Source of the DNA: Tricharina praecox | Taxonomy: Eukaryota | Assembly (NCBI RefSeq): GCF_024521635.1 | Contig: NW_026250417.1 | Coordinates: 434,001-498,000, forward strand | DNA length: 64,000 nt | Reading direction: 5' to 3' | Shown: in pieces, positions 38,935 to 50,600 of the stretch | Layout of the letters: each line of letters starts with the position of its first letter | Position numbering within the stretch: the stretch's first letter is position 1 | Notes under the pieces: generated by a model | Told to the model about the DNA's origin: nothing | Database searches by the model: none | The model's input: the letters and a program-made list of their open reading frames with translations, nothing else | Position numbers and translations under genes: made by a program

Positions 38935-40929
38935 ATGGAAACTCCACGCCCCGAAGCCGTCGCGCTCATCTCCGGCGGGAAAGACAGTCTCCTAGCACTT
39001 TACCACGCAATCGCGAACGGCTACAACGTCGTCGCTCTGGCAAACCTGCACCCACCAATCACTACCACCTCCAATGTCCCCACATCTTGCTCCACCGATG
39101 CCACTGGCACAAGCATCTATGAGCCGTCCACGACCTCCTCCCTCGGCCCTGCCGCCCTGAAGAGCGATGAGCTCGACTCCTACATGTACCAAACAATCGG
39201 ACACACGCTGCTCCCGCTCTATGCGCAATGCCTCGGTCTTCCGCTGTACCGCCGGGAAATCGCCGGTGGCACCGTGAACACACAGCTAGACTACGGCTTC
39301 TCTAAGGGGAGTGGGGATGAAACAGAGGATCTCACGCTACTCCTATCCTCCGTTCGTGCGCGGCATCCGAACGTTATCGCCGTGACGTCCGGCGCGATAT
39401 TGAGCACCTACCAGCGTACGCGCATCGAGAGCGTGTGTGCGCGGCTTGGGCTCACCAGTCTGGCGTATCTGTGGAGGATGGAGCAGGAGGAGGTGTTGGC
39501 GCAATTGGCGACGTTAGGATTCGACGCCAAGATTGTCAAGGTCGCTGCGTTGGGACTGGATGACGCCTGGCTGTGGAGGAATGTCGCGGATCCGGAGGTG
39601 GTAGCAAGGTTAGGCGCGTTGAAAAGTAGGTGGGGAATCAATCCGGCTGGTGAAGGAGGCGAGTATGAAACGCTCGTTGTGAGTGCGCCCGGCTGGACGG
39701 GAAGGATTGTCGTGCCCGAGGAGGCGAGAGTGGTTAATTCTGAGGGTGGGGGTGCGGCCTGGGTTGGATTCTCGGAGGCGAGCGTCCAGCCAGTGGAGGG
39801 TGGTGAGCGGCGACAGGAGGAGTGGGCGGAGGCATTGCAGCAGCCGTCGATCCTCGACCCCGAGTTTGAATCGCTACTGGAGACACTGCCCACACCTTCA
39901 GTGCCCATTGTACCTCCGCAGACTTTTCAGGAGACCTCCGACGACACCCCGCTGCTCCCCATCACAACAACCACGGCAACCATTCTCCACATCGCCAACC
40001 TCGTCTCCCCATCCGCAAATACCTCCCTCATCGATGAGCTTCACGAAGTCTTCACCACCCTTACCTCCCTAATCGCTCCTCATCCCCTCACTGCCATAAC
40101 ATCTATCACCCTTCTCCTCCGCCACATGTCCGACTTCGCCACAATAAACAGCGCCTACACCACTTACTTCCCGCTCCCTCTTCCACCCAGCCGCGTCTGC
40201 ATTTCTGTACCTGGGCTGCCAGCCTCGCGCAACATAATGCTCTCCGCGACGCTCTCCCTCTCCCCCTCACCTCGCAAGGGGCTGCACGTCCAAAGCCGCT
40301 CCTACTGGGCCCCCGCCAACATCGGCCCCTACAGCCAAGCTGTGCTTTCCTCCGGGTGGTGGGAAGTAGCCGGGCAGATCCCACTGGTGCCTGCGGAGAT
40401 GTCGCTCCATCCCGCCAGCGATGTGCGCGGGCAATGCGTCCTCGCGCTGCAGCATTTACACAAGATTTGGGATGCCGTTGGCGCGGCAGAGACGCTCGCT
40501 GCTATCGCATGGGTGGTGGATGAGGCTACGCTTCCGACTGTCGCAGCGGCGTGGAAAGCTCACTGCCCTGCGAGGCCGCTGATGGTACTGCAGGCTACGG
40601 AGCTACCGAGGGGTGCAGCAGTGGAGTGGGTTGGTTTTGCTTCTGCTGCCGAGGAGGAAGATGAAGACGGTACAGTGAAGAGGGAGGTGGAGATGGTATT
40701 TGCCGATGCGGAAACTGTGGGGGAATCGGTGAGGAAGCTGGCATTGCAGGTGGGTGGGGGTGGGAATGATGTCGTTACGGTGTATTTACCCGTTGCGACG
40801 GGGAGCGTGCAGGCTTTCTTGGGGGCTTGGAGTGGAAGGGGTGGACAAGTGGGTGTGGTGCCTGTGGCTGCTGTGTGGGATGCGGCGGGGATGCGGAGGG
40901 GGGTGGGGTGCGTTATACGGCGGGGTTAG
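38935..40929 (+). CDS. DPH6: Diphthine-ammonia ligase with C-terminal RidA/YjgF domains
   Basis: VALISGGKDS, DELDSYMYQTIG, GAILSTYQRTRIESVC, GEGGEYETLV, LHVQSRSYWAPANIGPYSQA. Intronless CDS. Confidence 0.95.
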   Translation: METPRPEAVALISGGKDSLLALYHAIANGYNVVALANLHPPITTTSNVPTSCSTDATGTSIYEPSTTSSLGPAALKSDELDSYMYQTIGHTLLPLYAQCLGLPLYRREIAGGTVNTQLDYGFSKGSGDETEDLTLLLSSVRARHPNVIAVTSGAILSTYQRTRIESVCARLGLTSLAYLWRMEQEEVLAQLATLGFDAKIVKVAALGLDDAWLWRNVADPEVVARLGALKSRWGINPAGEGGEYETLVVSAPGWTGRIVVPEEARVVNSEGGGAAWVGFSEASVQPVEGGERRQEEWAEALQQPSILDPEFESLLETLPTPSVPIVPPQTFQETSDDTPLLPITTTTATILHIANLVSPSANTSLIDELHEVFTTLTSLIAPHPLTAITSITLLLRHMSDFATINSAYTTYFPLPLPPSRVCISVPGLPASRNIMLSATLSLSPSPRKGLHVQSRSYWAPANIGPYSQAVLSSGWWEVAGQIPLVPAEMSLHPASDVRGQCVLALQHLHKIWDAVGAAETLAAIAWVVDEATLPTVAAAWKAHCPARPLMVLQATELPRGAAVEWVGFASAAEEEDEDGTVKREVEMVFADAETVGESVRKLALQVGGGGNDVVTVYLPVATGSVQAFLGAWSGRGGQVGVVPVAAVWDAAGMRRGVGCVIRRG

Positions 40930-41401
40930 ACCTTTCCCGGGTGGGAGATATTATACCCCTGAGAAGTGTGGCTAAGGAAGGACCCTATGTCTTTCTACAT
41001 TGCAATACACAATGGGCTTGCTACTCCACCATCACACAATCACACTCGAGTGCTACCCATCACTGCATGTCTTTGGAGTGGGTTCTCGCGGAGAAGAGAC
41101 GTTGCAATTGAGGGAGCTATGTAAGTTAAAGGTTAGATAGATCCATTGACGGCTAAGCGCGGATTGGTGGCACGATGTCGATGCGTGAGTGAGTGAGGCT
41201 GTGTGAGGTCATTGATACTACTAGTAATACTGCGATTGCATCACAATGTCTCACCCGAGGGTAGTTATAGATCACGGAATGGGAGATTGAGTATGTAGAA
41301 TATATGTGTGCTTCGAGCGATCATTCAACTCCACCGCCTCTTATCCTCTCCCTTCCCTCCCCTCCCCATCCACCCCACCATCCACCCCTCCACCCACCCC
41401 T

Positions 41402-42142
41402 CTACCCCCCAATCCTATCCAAGACAAACTCCAGCGCCTGCTGATTGTACACCTCGGTGTACCGGAGGTGGACATCAGTATCGCTCCCGGAATCGCAGAA
41501 CGTATCGCCCCGGTCGCAGTAACTCAGCCCGATGCTCGCGAACCCCTCCAGCTTCTGGTCTGTGGCGCGCGGGAACATCCCATCGTTCTTCGCGCTGCCG
41601 ATGTGGTACGGCTCGTCCCGCGTGTGCCGCGGGTCGCCCATCTGGATGAAAGCCACGACTGTGCGGTGTCAGTATATTACCACTGGAATGTATGTGCAGG
41701 TTGGTGGGGGGGTGGGGATGGGGTACCTTTATCCGCGACCTCGCTCGCAACCGCGGGTGTCTTCTTGCCGAGCCCCGTCCCCCCTCCGCCGCCGAGGACA
41801 TCGCCCAAGACGTGGGCGCCCTGACTATACCCCAGCAGCACGATCCTCTGGTCGGGACACTTTTGTGTAGCGTCAGTGAGCTGACGCGGTTAGCGCGGCG
41901 ACTCCCGCTGCTGAAGAGCTGGCGTACGGGAATAGCCGCGCGGGGTACGACACCGACGCCCGTGACACGGTCTGTAAGGACTCCGACTGGATCAAAGCAG
42001 CGAGACGGCCGATTATGCCTTCGCCTGGGGATTCGGTGGATGCTCGCGCGGTGATTATGCCAATCGTGGTGCACCCCGTGCCCGGGATGGCGTGCGCGAG
42101 GGCTGGGAGAAGGGCCAGGAGCTGGAGGGAGATGTGCACCAT
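41402..42142 (-). pseudogene. Secreted CE5 acetylxylan esterase/cutinase with a +1 frameshift near 41884 (pseudogene or sequence error)
   Basis: Signal peptide and ARASTE motif. ACC GCG [T] CAG CTC shifts the frame just before CPDQRIVLLGYSQGAHV. After one intron: MGDPRH and YCDRGDTFCD...H. Confidence 0.8.
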
Positions 42143-43332
42143 TTTTGTTGCGGGGGGGGGGGGGGGTAAAGACCGGGTTGGGTTTCGAAGGGGAAGGAGT
42201 GGATGGGTGAAGGGATTAACTGGTGGCTGTTCGAAGGAAGGTGATGGGAGCGAGGAAAAGAAGCTGGATCGTCCAGAGGATGGATAAGGGGATCTTTATA
42301 TTCCAGCCCGTATGTACCGTACCTATGCTACTCCCACACCTATGTGTGGGGGTGGGAGTAGGCTTTGTCTCGGGCTCTCCGTAGGTCCGTAGCCGTGCAT
42401 CTCGTCTTGAGGTAGGTATTCGCATTGCGCAATGGCGTTGACTCCCGAGCAGCTAGATTCCTGGCCGAGGCCGTTTGTGAGCGAGCTGGTGGGGTCGACG
42501 AACTCGACACCCAGCCGGCACCTCGTTGAAGATCTTCGAAGCTTGTCATATGTACCGACTACCTACTCGCATCCACGTCCCCATATTGGGAATAGAAAGC
42601 CGCAGCCAACTAGATAGTTGGTTAGGAGTTCGCCGTCGCTGCCAATACCAACTGTGCAGGGTGCTGAGCCTCGGTATATGTAGTAACACACAGCCTTGAA
42701 CTTGAACGTCTCCACCGCGCATCACCAGGATTGAAGTCTGAGGCTCGAATTTCCCCACAAAAGTGAATCCATACTAGAGTAGAGTACATATCCGCGTGAT
42801 TCGCTTGCGGACGACAAGGGTGTCAACAGGCCTGAACACTCGCATGCGCAACATAATACATTCGCTGTCAGGCGGAGTTTATGTATGTAGTCGGGTATAG
42901 ATACTATATTGCTGAACATATGAACACAGACATGTGAACGCATCCCTCTGTTTCCACGGGTACGGACCGCGCTGCTGAGCAGCCAGCGCGATGCAGTGCA
43001 CGGGTTCATCTACGGGAGTGGCAGCAATCTCAATGATCGATCGAGCGGACTCCCTGTCGCCATATCACGCGCAGCCACAACCCGCCCTACCCTGCCCCGC
43101 TCACGGAAAAAATTCTGGGGAAATTTCTCGGTGATACATCGCGCCAATCCGCGCTTAGCCGTCCATGGAGCTGTCCAACCTCCAACTTAGCTCCCTTAAT
43201 CGCAACGGCACCCCATCGAAGTTCTCTCTCTCTCTCCTCTCCAGGGCAAGGCTGAAGCAGAGAGCGAATGGGAAGTATAGTAGAGGAAAGGAGATCAGTC
43301 CGCAGGCGAGTGCGACGACGGGAAGACAGCAT

Positions 43333-43370
43333 CACTCACTCACTCACTCACTCACTCACTCACTCACTCA
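43333..43370. repeat. (CACT)n microsatellite
   Basis: Read directly. Confidence 0.9.
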
Positions 43371-43690
43371 AAATCACTCGACGATACCCGTTTAACAACA
43401 AAAACAGAAGATTTCGCGATTTTCCACAACTATCATACATGCAACTGCTTTTCCCCGCCGCCGCCGATCAACAACCGATATACATGCTATGCCATGCTGC
43501 CACGTAAATAACAGTATCATATACAAAGCTTTATATACTCATACACTCTCAGAAAAGAAAAAGAGGCCAGATAAAATCAGATGGAACTAGAAAACAAACA
43601 CAATCCACAAGATCTCAGCCATCAAGCGCAGCAGCTGACGGGCCGACAGTGGGAGCCTCGGGGGCGAGGGAGGGAGGCAGGAAGGTCGGC

Positions 43691-44212
43691 CTACTCCTCC
43701 TTCTTCTCCTCCTCGGCGGCGGCGACGGCGCGCTTCGAGAAGCCCTGGCACTCGCACTCGCAGTCGCAATCATTCAAAAAGTCTGCGAAGTCGCAGTCAT
43801 CCTGGCAGCCGTACTGTCCGAAGGAGCACGGCCTGAAGTTGCGGCACCCATAACCCTGGGAGCGGCAGTCATCCTTGCAGTCGTAGTAGGGCTTGAACTC
43901 GTTCTCAGCGATGACGGTGAAGGACGGGTGGTAGTCGCCGGGGGCGCAGCTGCACGAAGGGCTCTCGCAGTGGTAGTGCTCGTGCCGGTTACCGAGCACC
44001 GGGTGCTGGTTGTTGTAGTACGGCTTCGACGAGTTGCAGCAGTAGGGGCGCGGGCAGTACCGCTCCTGCCGGTAGTATGGCTGCGGCTGGTAACAGTTGC
44101 GTCCGCCACCGTTCAGGCCGAAGCCGCCGTAGGGCTCGGCGATGGGCGCGGCGTGGGCGACGCCGAAGGTGGCGACGAGGCTGACGATACTGAGGATGGT
44201 GGAGGCGTACAT
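43691..44212 (-). CDS. Small secreted Cys/Tyr-rich protein, 173 aa, 17 Cys
   Basis: Signal peptide MYASTILSIVSLVATFGVAHA, strong GC3 bias, intronless, TATA-like ATAAATA upstream (~44368-44374). Confidence 0.85.
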   Translation of the reverse strand: MYASTILSIVSLVATFGVAHAAPIAEPYGGFGLNGGGRNCYQPQPYYRQERYCPRPYCCNSSKPYYNNQHPVLGNRHEHYHCESPSCSCAPGDYHPSFTVIAENEFKPYYDCKDDCRSQGYGCRNFRPCSFGQYGCQDDCDFADFLNDCDCECECQGFSKRAVAAAEEEKKEE

Positions 44213-47200
44213 CTTGCTGGTGGTGGTGGTGGTTGGTTGGTGGAAAGAGTGTGAAGAAGAATAAATGAACGAACGAGTGAATGAATGAATGAACGAGTGT
44301 GTGAATGAGTGAATGAGTGAAGCAGATGAAGCTGATGAGAATGAGACTGGGAGCCGGATCTCGTCCCTATTTATGTGAAGCCGGACGCTCTAGGGACCGT
44401 CCGAAGTCGAAGTTGCGAAGGTTCACCATCCCATGAAGCCGTAGCTCACCATCCCCATAGCCATAGGCGCCGTTAGGAACAACCCTATATCTCCCACCAA
44501 ACCTTCCCCACTGGTGAGCAAAACCTACGGCCCCCAGGAGAGTGTAAAGCACCAGGCAACAGGAACCGAAAGCTTGAGTCTGGAAATATGATATTCTCGA
44601 TCTTGCCTAGAGTCTAGGTCTTATTGAGTTGGCGCAGCTCGGCAAACGAGTGATTGGAGTTGTAAGCCAGTACTGACCTACTCCCACTGGTATGTACATG
44701 CTCTAGGGCTGGGAAGAGAGTCCACCGAGCTACCTTCTTCTACACATCCACAGTGAAGCAAATGAACCTCATTAGAGCTCTGGGGGAGCCCCAGCCTGCC
44801 TGCTGGACATTCGTTTGCCGTATGATATTTCCGCTACATGGGTACAAGGTATCTACATACAGACGCAAGACGTGTGAAGCAGCAGTGTGAAGCAGCAGTG
44901 CATCCAGTCTGTGGCCAGCGGTATGATACCCAGGTCGAAGACCTTTTCACCGACGGTTATGTAGGTGAACCTACACTGCCCCCTACCCCACCCCCACGAA
45001 GCTTTCGGCTTTCGAGGACCCCTCACTCGGCACCATTTCCGACATGTGCAATCCCGTAGTGTGGTCTACGGTGCGTCGGTGCCGAGCTGGTGGATGGGTA
45101 GAGTAAACGAACCTAGACTCTAAGGTTTCGGCGTGTCACTCGCTCGCTCGCTCGCTCGCTCGCCGTGACCGCGTGCCGTGAGAACCCGCTCAGGGTCCGC
45201 TCTTAGCGGCACGACCTCCAGAATCTAGAAATCTTCGCACCCGGTGCCAGTGGAGGCTCGCCGCTCGATTGGCGTCTCGGGAATACGGTACCTACTAACT
45301 AGTAGTTAGGCGCAATGCCAATGCCGATGCCGGAGTCGGGAAGCGACTGGGACTGGGACTAGGACTCGGGATCTTCGCTAACTGCTAACTACCGGTATAC
45401 CGAATAACGGTGGGATGGTAAGGTGCCATATCCTATCCTATCCTACATATCCTACATATCCTATCCCCACCGTCTTCGTCTTCGTCAAGTCGTGCGAGAT
45501 CCACCAGATCCACCAGCTTTACCAGAAAGAAACAGTTATGTACCTAATTTACCTACTACAAAGTAGGAGCTTAATATCCATTGACCTACATGCTAGTAGG
45601 AGCTTAACGTCCATTGAGTGAGTGAGTGTGAGTTTAAACCACCACCACCATCACCACCACCACCACCACCGCCGCCGTCGCCGTCGGGTACTCTACCTTA
45701 AGTACTTTACCGTAGATAAGCCGTTGATCGCGGCAGCGTCGGCGGTACCCTTGAGCTTATAACTCACTCACTCACTTACTCACCCACCCACTCACCCCAT
45801 CTACTCAAAAGCATACAACACCAAACCCAAAAACCAAAAACCGTATATACATCCCAAAACTCAATAAATCTTCAGTGTTTCAATAGGTTAAGTAAGATGT
45901 ATGTACCCCATATTGACTCCCACCCGACAGCCGGTCCCGTCCCTGCAAACCTAGAGCTTCCGTCGGTACTCCACCGTATCTAGCATGTATGTAGCATGTG
46001 TGAGCCGGTGCTTCGGTAGCATATCACAACTCCCAAGAAGGTTGCAGGCCCAAAACCCCCCCACAACCATTCTCCCCCGCCATGGTGACCAAGGGAACCC
46101 AATACATACGCCGAGTGCTTACCCCCTCTCCTCCTCAACCATAGACCCCCTCCCCTCCGAATTCAAAATAAGCTTCGACACCGTACATAGGCTCAAACTG
46201 CTTCCCGGGTTGAAGAGTCCGCAGCTTCGAGTAGTTATAGCTGGAAATTCAAAATGTCAACCTAGATTTGTATATCAGCCCTCTTCACCTCTTCACCTCT
46301 TCACCATCCACCGTCCATCGTCCCGCATCCCGAGTGCTCTGCCATGACTGCCATCTCCCCCTCTACCTCCCCACCAAACTGCCCCTCTAAACTGCCCCTC
46401 CATCCCCCCTCCAGTCACCCCCCCCCCCCCCCCACCTTTCCACTCATCACATCGCCACCACCAAGATAGATCCGCATAGATAGGTAGAAAGTGTACGGTG
46501 TGCCCATGCACGAGTTGGATCATATATTGCCTTGCCTGCCTGCCCCCTCCATGGCCTGCCTGCCCCTCCATGCCCTCCTCCTCCTCCGCTAGGTATCCAA
46601 TCCAATCCAAACCAGCAGCTACCATCTACAAAAATCCCACCAGCACGATTGATTCCCAACTCACGATTCCCAACTAGCACAGAGCAACCAACAACAAGAT
46701 ATCCGCACACAAAAAAGATCCCCTCAATCGGAAAAGAACAAGAAAAGGAAATGAAAGGGAAAAGAGAAAAAACGCCCCCCATAAACACCGGCTTTGCTCT
46801 TGTAAGTTGTTACAAGCAAGAGAAAAGAAAAACAACAAAAAAAACACAAATGAAAAACACAAAATGTAACGAAAGAAAAAAACACCGAGGAATGAATGAA
46901 ACAGAAAACTACTAAAAAAGAAGTACCGAGGGGAGAAATAAAAAAAACTCATCCCACAAACACAAAAGGCCACCCACACACAAGACAGACGCGCAGAGGA
47001 AAAAAATAAATAAAATGAAGCGGCGAGAGAAGACCATTGATTATGACATTCCCATTGGAACAGGAGCGCGAGAAGTCAAAAAACCCAGAGATGAACAAAT
47101 TTCACTTGTTCCTCAATCCTCCCCCCAATCCATCCAAGGTCCGGCAAAACTCCAATCCCGTGGGGAAAAAGCGGGAACAAAAAAAACGCGTACATACAAG

Positions 47201-47334
47201 GGGCCGGGCTCCAGGGGTAAAGAATTATATCGTCTGTGCATGTTGTTGGGCCATCGGTAATGGTGGTGGTATTTCTGTACAAAGAAAAGAAAGGGTCCGT
47301 CGTATTTTTGAAGAGTTCCGAGACGACGACACGT

Positions 47335-47913
47335 CTAATTCTTCCGCACCGCCTTGCTGATGCCGAGTCCGACGGCGACGGCCACGCCGATGATCAGCAT
47401 CGCGATTCCGATCTTGATGAATATCCACATCCGCTTCTTGTCGGCATGTTGCTTCTGCAACAAGCGTCGTGCCGGCCACATGCCGCTCTCGTCCACCTGC
47501 ATACTGATTCGCGATCTATCACCGACGCACGATTTCCGGGGCATGGTTGGCGGGGGTTCGGTCGGCATCGTCACTTGTGATGTCGTGTGGTGCACGGTGA
47601 TGACGACCTCCTTGTCCTTGGGTGTTTGCATCGTCGTCGACGCCATCGGTAGGGACGTGGTCGACACCGTGGCCGTCCTCGCGTTTGCCAGATCGGAAGC
47701 AGGATAGCTCTCCTGCGAGAATCGGGGCGCCTCGGCGATGGTGGTGGTGGTCGAGGGGGATTTGTAAATGGGAGGGCACGAAGCGATGGTCGATGAGAGG
47801 GGCTGCTGCGGTTGCTCTTGCGGCTGGTGCTCCTGTTCGGGTTCGGAGTATTCTTCTGGCGGAGGGAGCATAGAAGCTCTGAAGGGGTTGTTGGACTGGG
47901 GCGGCGATCCCAT
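47335..47913 (-). CDS. Pro/Thr-rich protein with one C-terminal TM helix
   Basis: ESGMWP...KKRMWIFIKIGIAMLIIGVAVAVGLGISKAV. An in-frame stop 7 codons upstream fixes the ATG at 47913. Confidence 0.75.
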   Translation of the reverse strand: MGSPPQSNNPFRASMLPPPEEYSEPEQEHQPQEQPQQPLSSTIASCPPIYKSPSTTTTIAEAPRFSQESYPASDLANARTATVSTTSLPMASTTMQTPKDKEVVITVHHTTSQVTMPTEPPPTMPRKSCVGDRSRISMQVDESGMWPARRLLQKQHADKKRMWIFIKIGIAMLIIGVAVAVGLGISKAVRKN

Positions 47914-48668
47914 GATTGCAGGTGGTTCCGGCGATTACTTAAATGGATATGGGCGGCAAGGAGGTGACTGAGCGTCGCGGGGGGTGCTAGTTGGTTGGCG
48001 GAGGAGGTACGGACGGACGGGGCGTTGTTGTTGTTGTTGTTGTTGTTGTTGTTGGAGCGGACCCACTGAATCGAGGTGGTCGAATTGAACGAATCGACGC
48101 TTGGGCTAGGTTTCAGTTGAGCGAGACCTATAGAAGAAAGCGACCACGAGTCAGCTGCTGGAGACGACCATTTTATTTTCAATTGGAGCGGGCAATGTTC
48201 GGATCCGATGGGGTTCCCGACAGGCGATGGCACGGGGGACGGGGTCGGGGACTAGGAGGGAACCGACCTTCTTCTTGTTTGCACGGGCAGCAAACACGCA
48301 ATGGGAGTGTGAGGTAATGCGAAGGAGGAAGTTGTAGGAGCGAAACCTCAGCAACAAAGTTGTGCCCGCGAGAGGATATTTAGGTGGAGGAGTTGAAGTG
48401 AGGGAGGACGGGGGGAGTATGAGATAAAGGTTCAAGGGCAACCGCTTGGCAATTGTACGTGAGCGGCCACGCGAGTTCTCGTTAGAGTAGGGTATCCGAG
48501 GATGAGGGAAGGCAGCTGCGACTTTTCGCACTTTTCTTTTTTTTTCTTTTCCAGGGGGTGAGGGTGGAGCTGCAAGAGGATCTCTCTCGTCCAAGCGGGA
48601 GGGTTGTGTGGGTGAGTGAGAGAGTGTGGGTGGGTGGGTCGGTGAAATATGAGGAGCCGTTTCCGTGT

Positions 48669-48701
48669 GGTGGTGGTGGTGGTGGTGGTGGTGGTGGTGG
48701 T
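48669..48701. repeat. (GGT)n microsatellite
   Basis: Read directly. Confidence 0.9.
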
Positions 48702-49589
48702 GAGTGGATGAATATAAGGAGCCGTGCCCGTGTGGTGGTGGTGGGTAGAGAGGGTGGGTGGGTGGGTATGCGTGCGTGCGTAAAGTATGGACTGACGGAC
48801 GGACAAGATGGGTTGATTGATGGCTACCAACGATGACCGAGTTCCAACTTCCGGGTATTATCTCAACCACCAGACAGGGTTTTGAGAAGGAAAGAATCGG
48901 AAGGAATTGAGAGTGCAGCCACACCTTCACGATGATGGCATCTGTCGGTGATGGTGGTAGTGGTGGTATAGTTGTTAGTAGGTAGTGGTAGTGGTGGTGG
49001 ATTGCGGTGGATGGTTGGCGGGCTCCCCGGGGAGGAATAGGGGGGTTAAAGGATGCGTGTGTGCTTGCAAGTGCGTAGTGTTCACCGAAAGCAGGAAGCC
49101 GCGTTTATTTACTTTTGGGAACAATCGCGGGCGGCAGCACAACAGCAATAGCAGCAAGTTGAAGCAACAGACAACGGCAACGGCAGGAGATATGTCGCCT
49201 TGGTACTCTGTGTACTGGCACTTCACGAGACACCCACGACAGAGTGAGGGAGCGAGGAGCGAGTTCGAGTGCGAGCTCGCGGCGACGGCGACGGCGGGCG
49301 AACGAATGTTGGGCTGCGCCCAGGGGTCGGCAGGCGTTGGGATGTTAAGGTTAATACCAGCTAGCAGCAAGCATGTAAGGTTACTCTAATGTTGTTTAGC
49401 TTGCTCGAGGGTGTCCCCTGCGCTTGCCTCGATCCGAACTCATGCGCCGCTCAGAAGGGGCTTAGTTGTAACTGACTAGTGGGACCGCAGCCCGGGCAGA
49501 TCGCGATGGACTGAAAGTCTCGGGACTGCACGTCGGTTGCGGCCAAGAGCTCCACAGGCAGGAGCGAACGGACAAATAGAGGACGATAA

Positions 49590-49645
49590 ATGTCGAATAA
49601 TCGTCGAATAACCGTCGAACAATCGTCGAACAATCGTCAAATAAT
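49590..49645. repeat. 11-bp minisatellite, TCGTCGAAYAA x ~5
   Basis: tgtcgaataa tcgtcgaataa ccgtcgaacaa tcgtcgaacaa tcgtcaaataa. Confidence 0.85.
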
Positions 49646-50566
49646 TGACGAATGGAGACATCGACGGCTCAAGATGAAAAGTGCTGCTATCGTGGTACTC
49701 CAGGCACTGTGCTCGTGCTCGTCGCGTCCGTCCGTACCTGCTTCTGCCCATGGGCCCATTTATCCACGACAACGGGAGTGCCAATGAAGATCGATCCCTA
49801 TCTGCAGCGATAGCCTGCACGCCGGCGGCCAGCCTTTGATCCCTGCTCCACATAGATAATCCAGGCCCACTCCACTCTACACTCTACAAGACCGCCTGAA
49901 ATCTCCCGCCGCCGCCGCTCTTCGTCGTTCTCGTCTTCTAGTCATCCTACATAGAGTACGTCGTTTTCGTCTTCTTATCCTTCACTGCCAAAAGAAGCAA
50001 GAGAGAGTGTGCTCCAGTAGATCGAACAATAGACGCCGAGCGCTCATAAATAGACGCCCGCAGGTGCCGTTGGCTCTGTTAGTCTTCGGGTTGGTATAAA
50101 GTATGTTGTATGTAGCGTCTATTACTCGTCGTCATCTTTCTCAATCCGTCCCCATTCGTTCCCATTCCCGTTCTCCGTTCTCCGGCCCAACCGCCCAGCC
50201 GCCGATCACCGGCCGCCGATGAAACTGTTATTTTGGAGCAATTCTGGCCTCGCGTTCAATCGTTTGCTAGTCCTCCACTCCACTCCACTCCACTCTACAT
50301 ACAGTACTGTTCTCAACACCCTTACAGTCAGCGTGGCTGGCTGGCCGGCGCTTCCCTCGCTCAGCAATCCGCGGCAACATGAATTGGAATCCATTAGGTT
50401 CTCCAGTTGCATGTGTGCATTGTGGCAAATCAAAGCGTGCTGTTACCGTAGATATCTAGCCCCCCCTCCCCCCGCCCCCAATCGTAAACTAGGTAAGCAG
50501 GTAGGTATCGCCCCGCAGGTGCATCGCGGTGCATGGCGCCTTTTGCGTTCGTGCAGCTCTTTGCGT

Positions 50567-50567
<1 letters not shown>

Positions 50568-50598
<31 letters not shown>
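50568..50598. repeat. (GCC)n microsatellite
   Basis: Read directly. Confidence 0.9.

Positions 50599-50600
<2 letters not shown>

Noticed and set aside
49590..49645. CRISPR-like array
   Set aside because: Spacerless 11-bp tandem repeat in eukaryotic DNA, with no cas genes.
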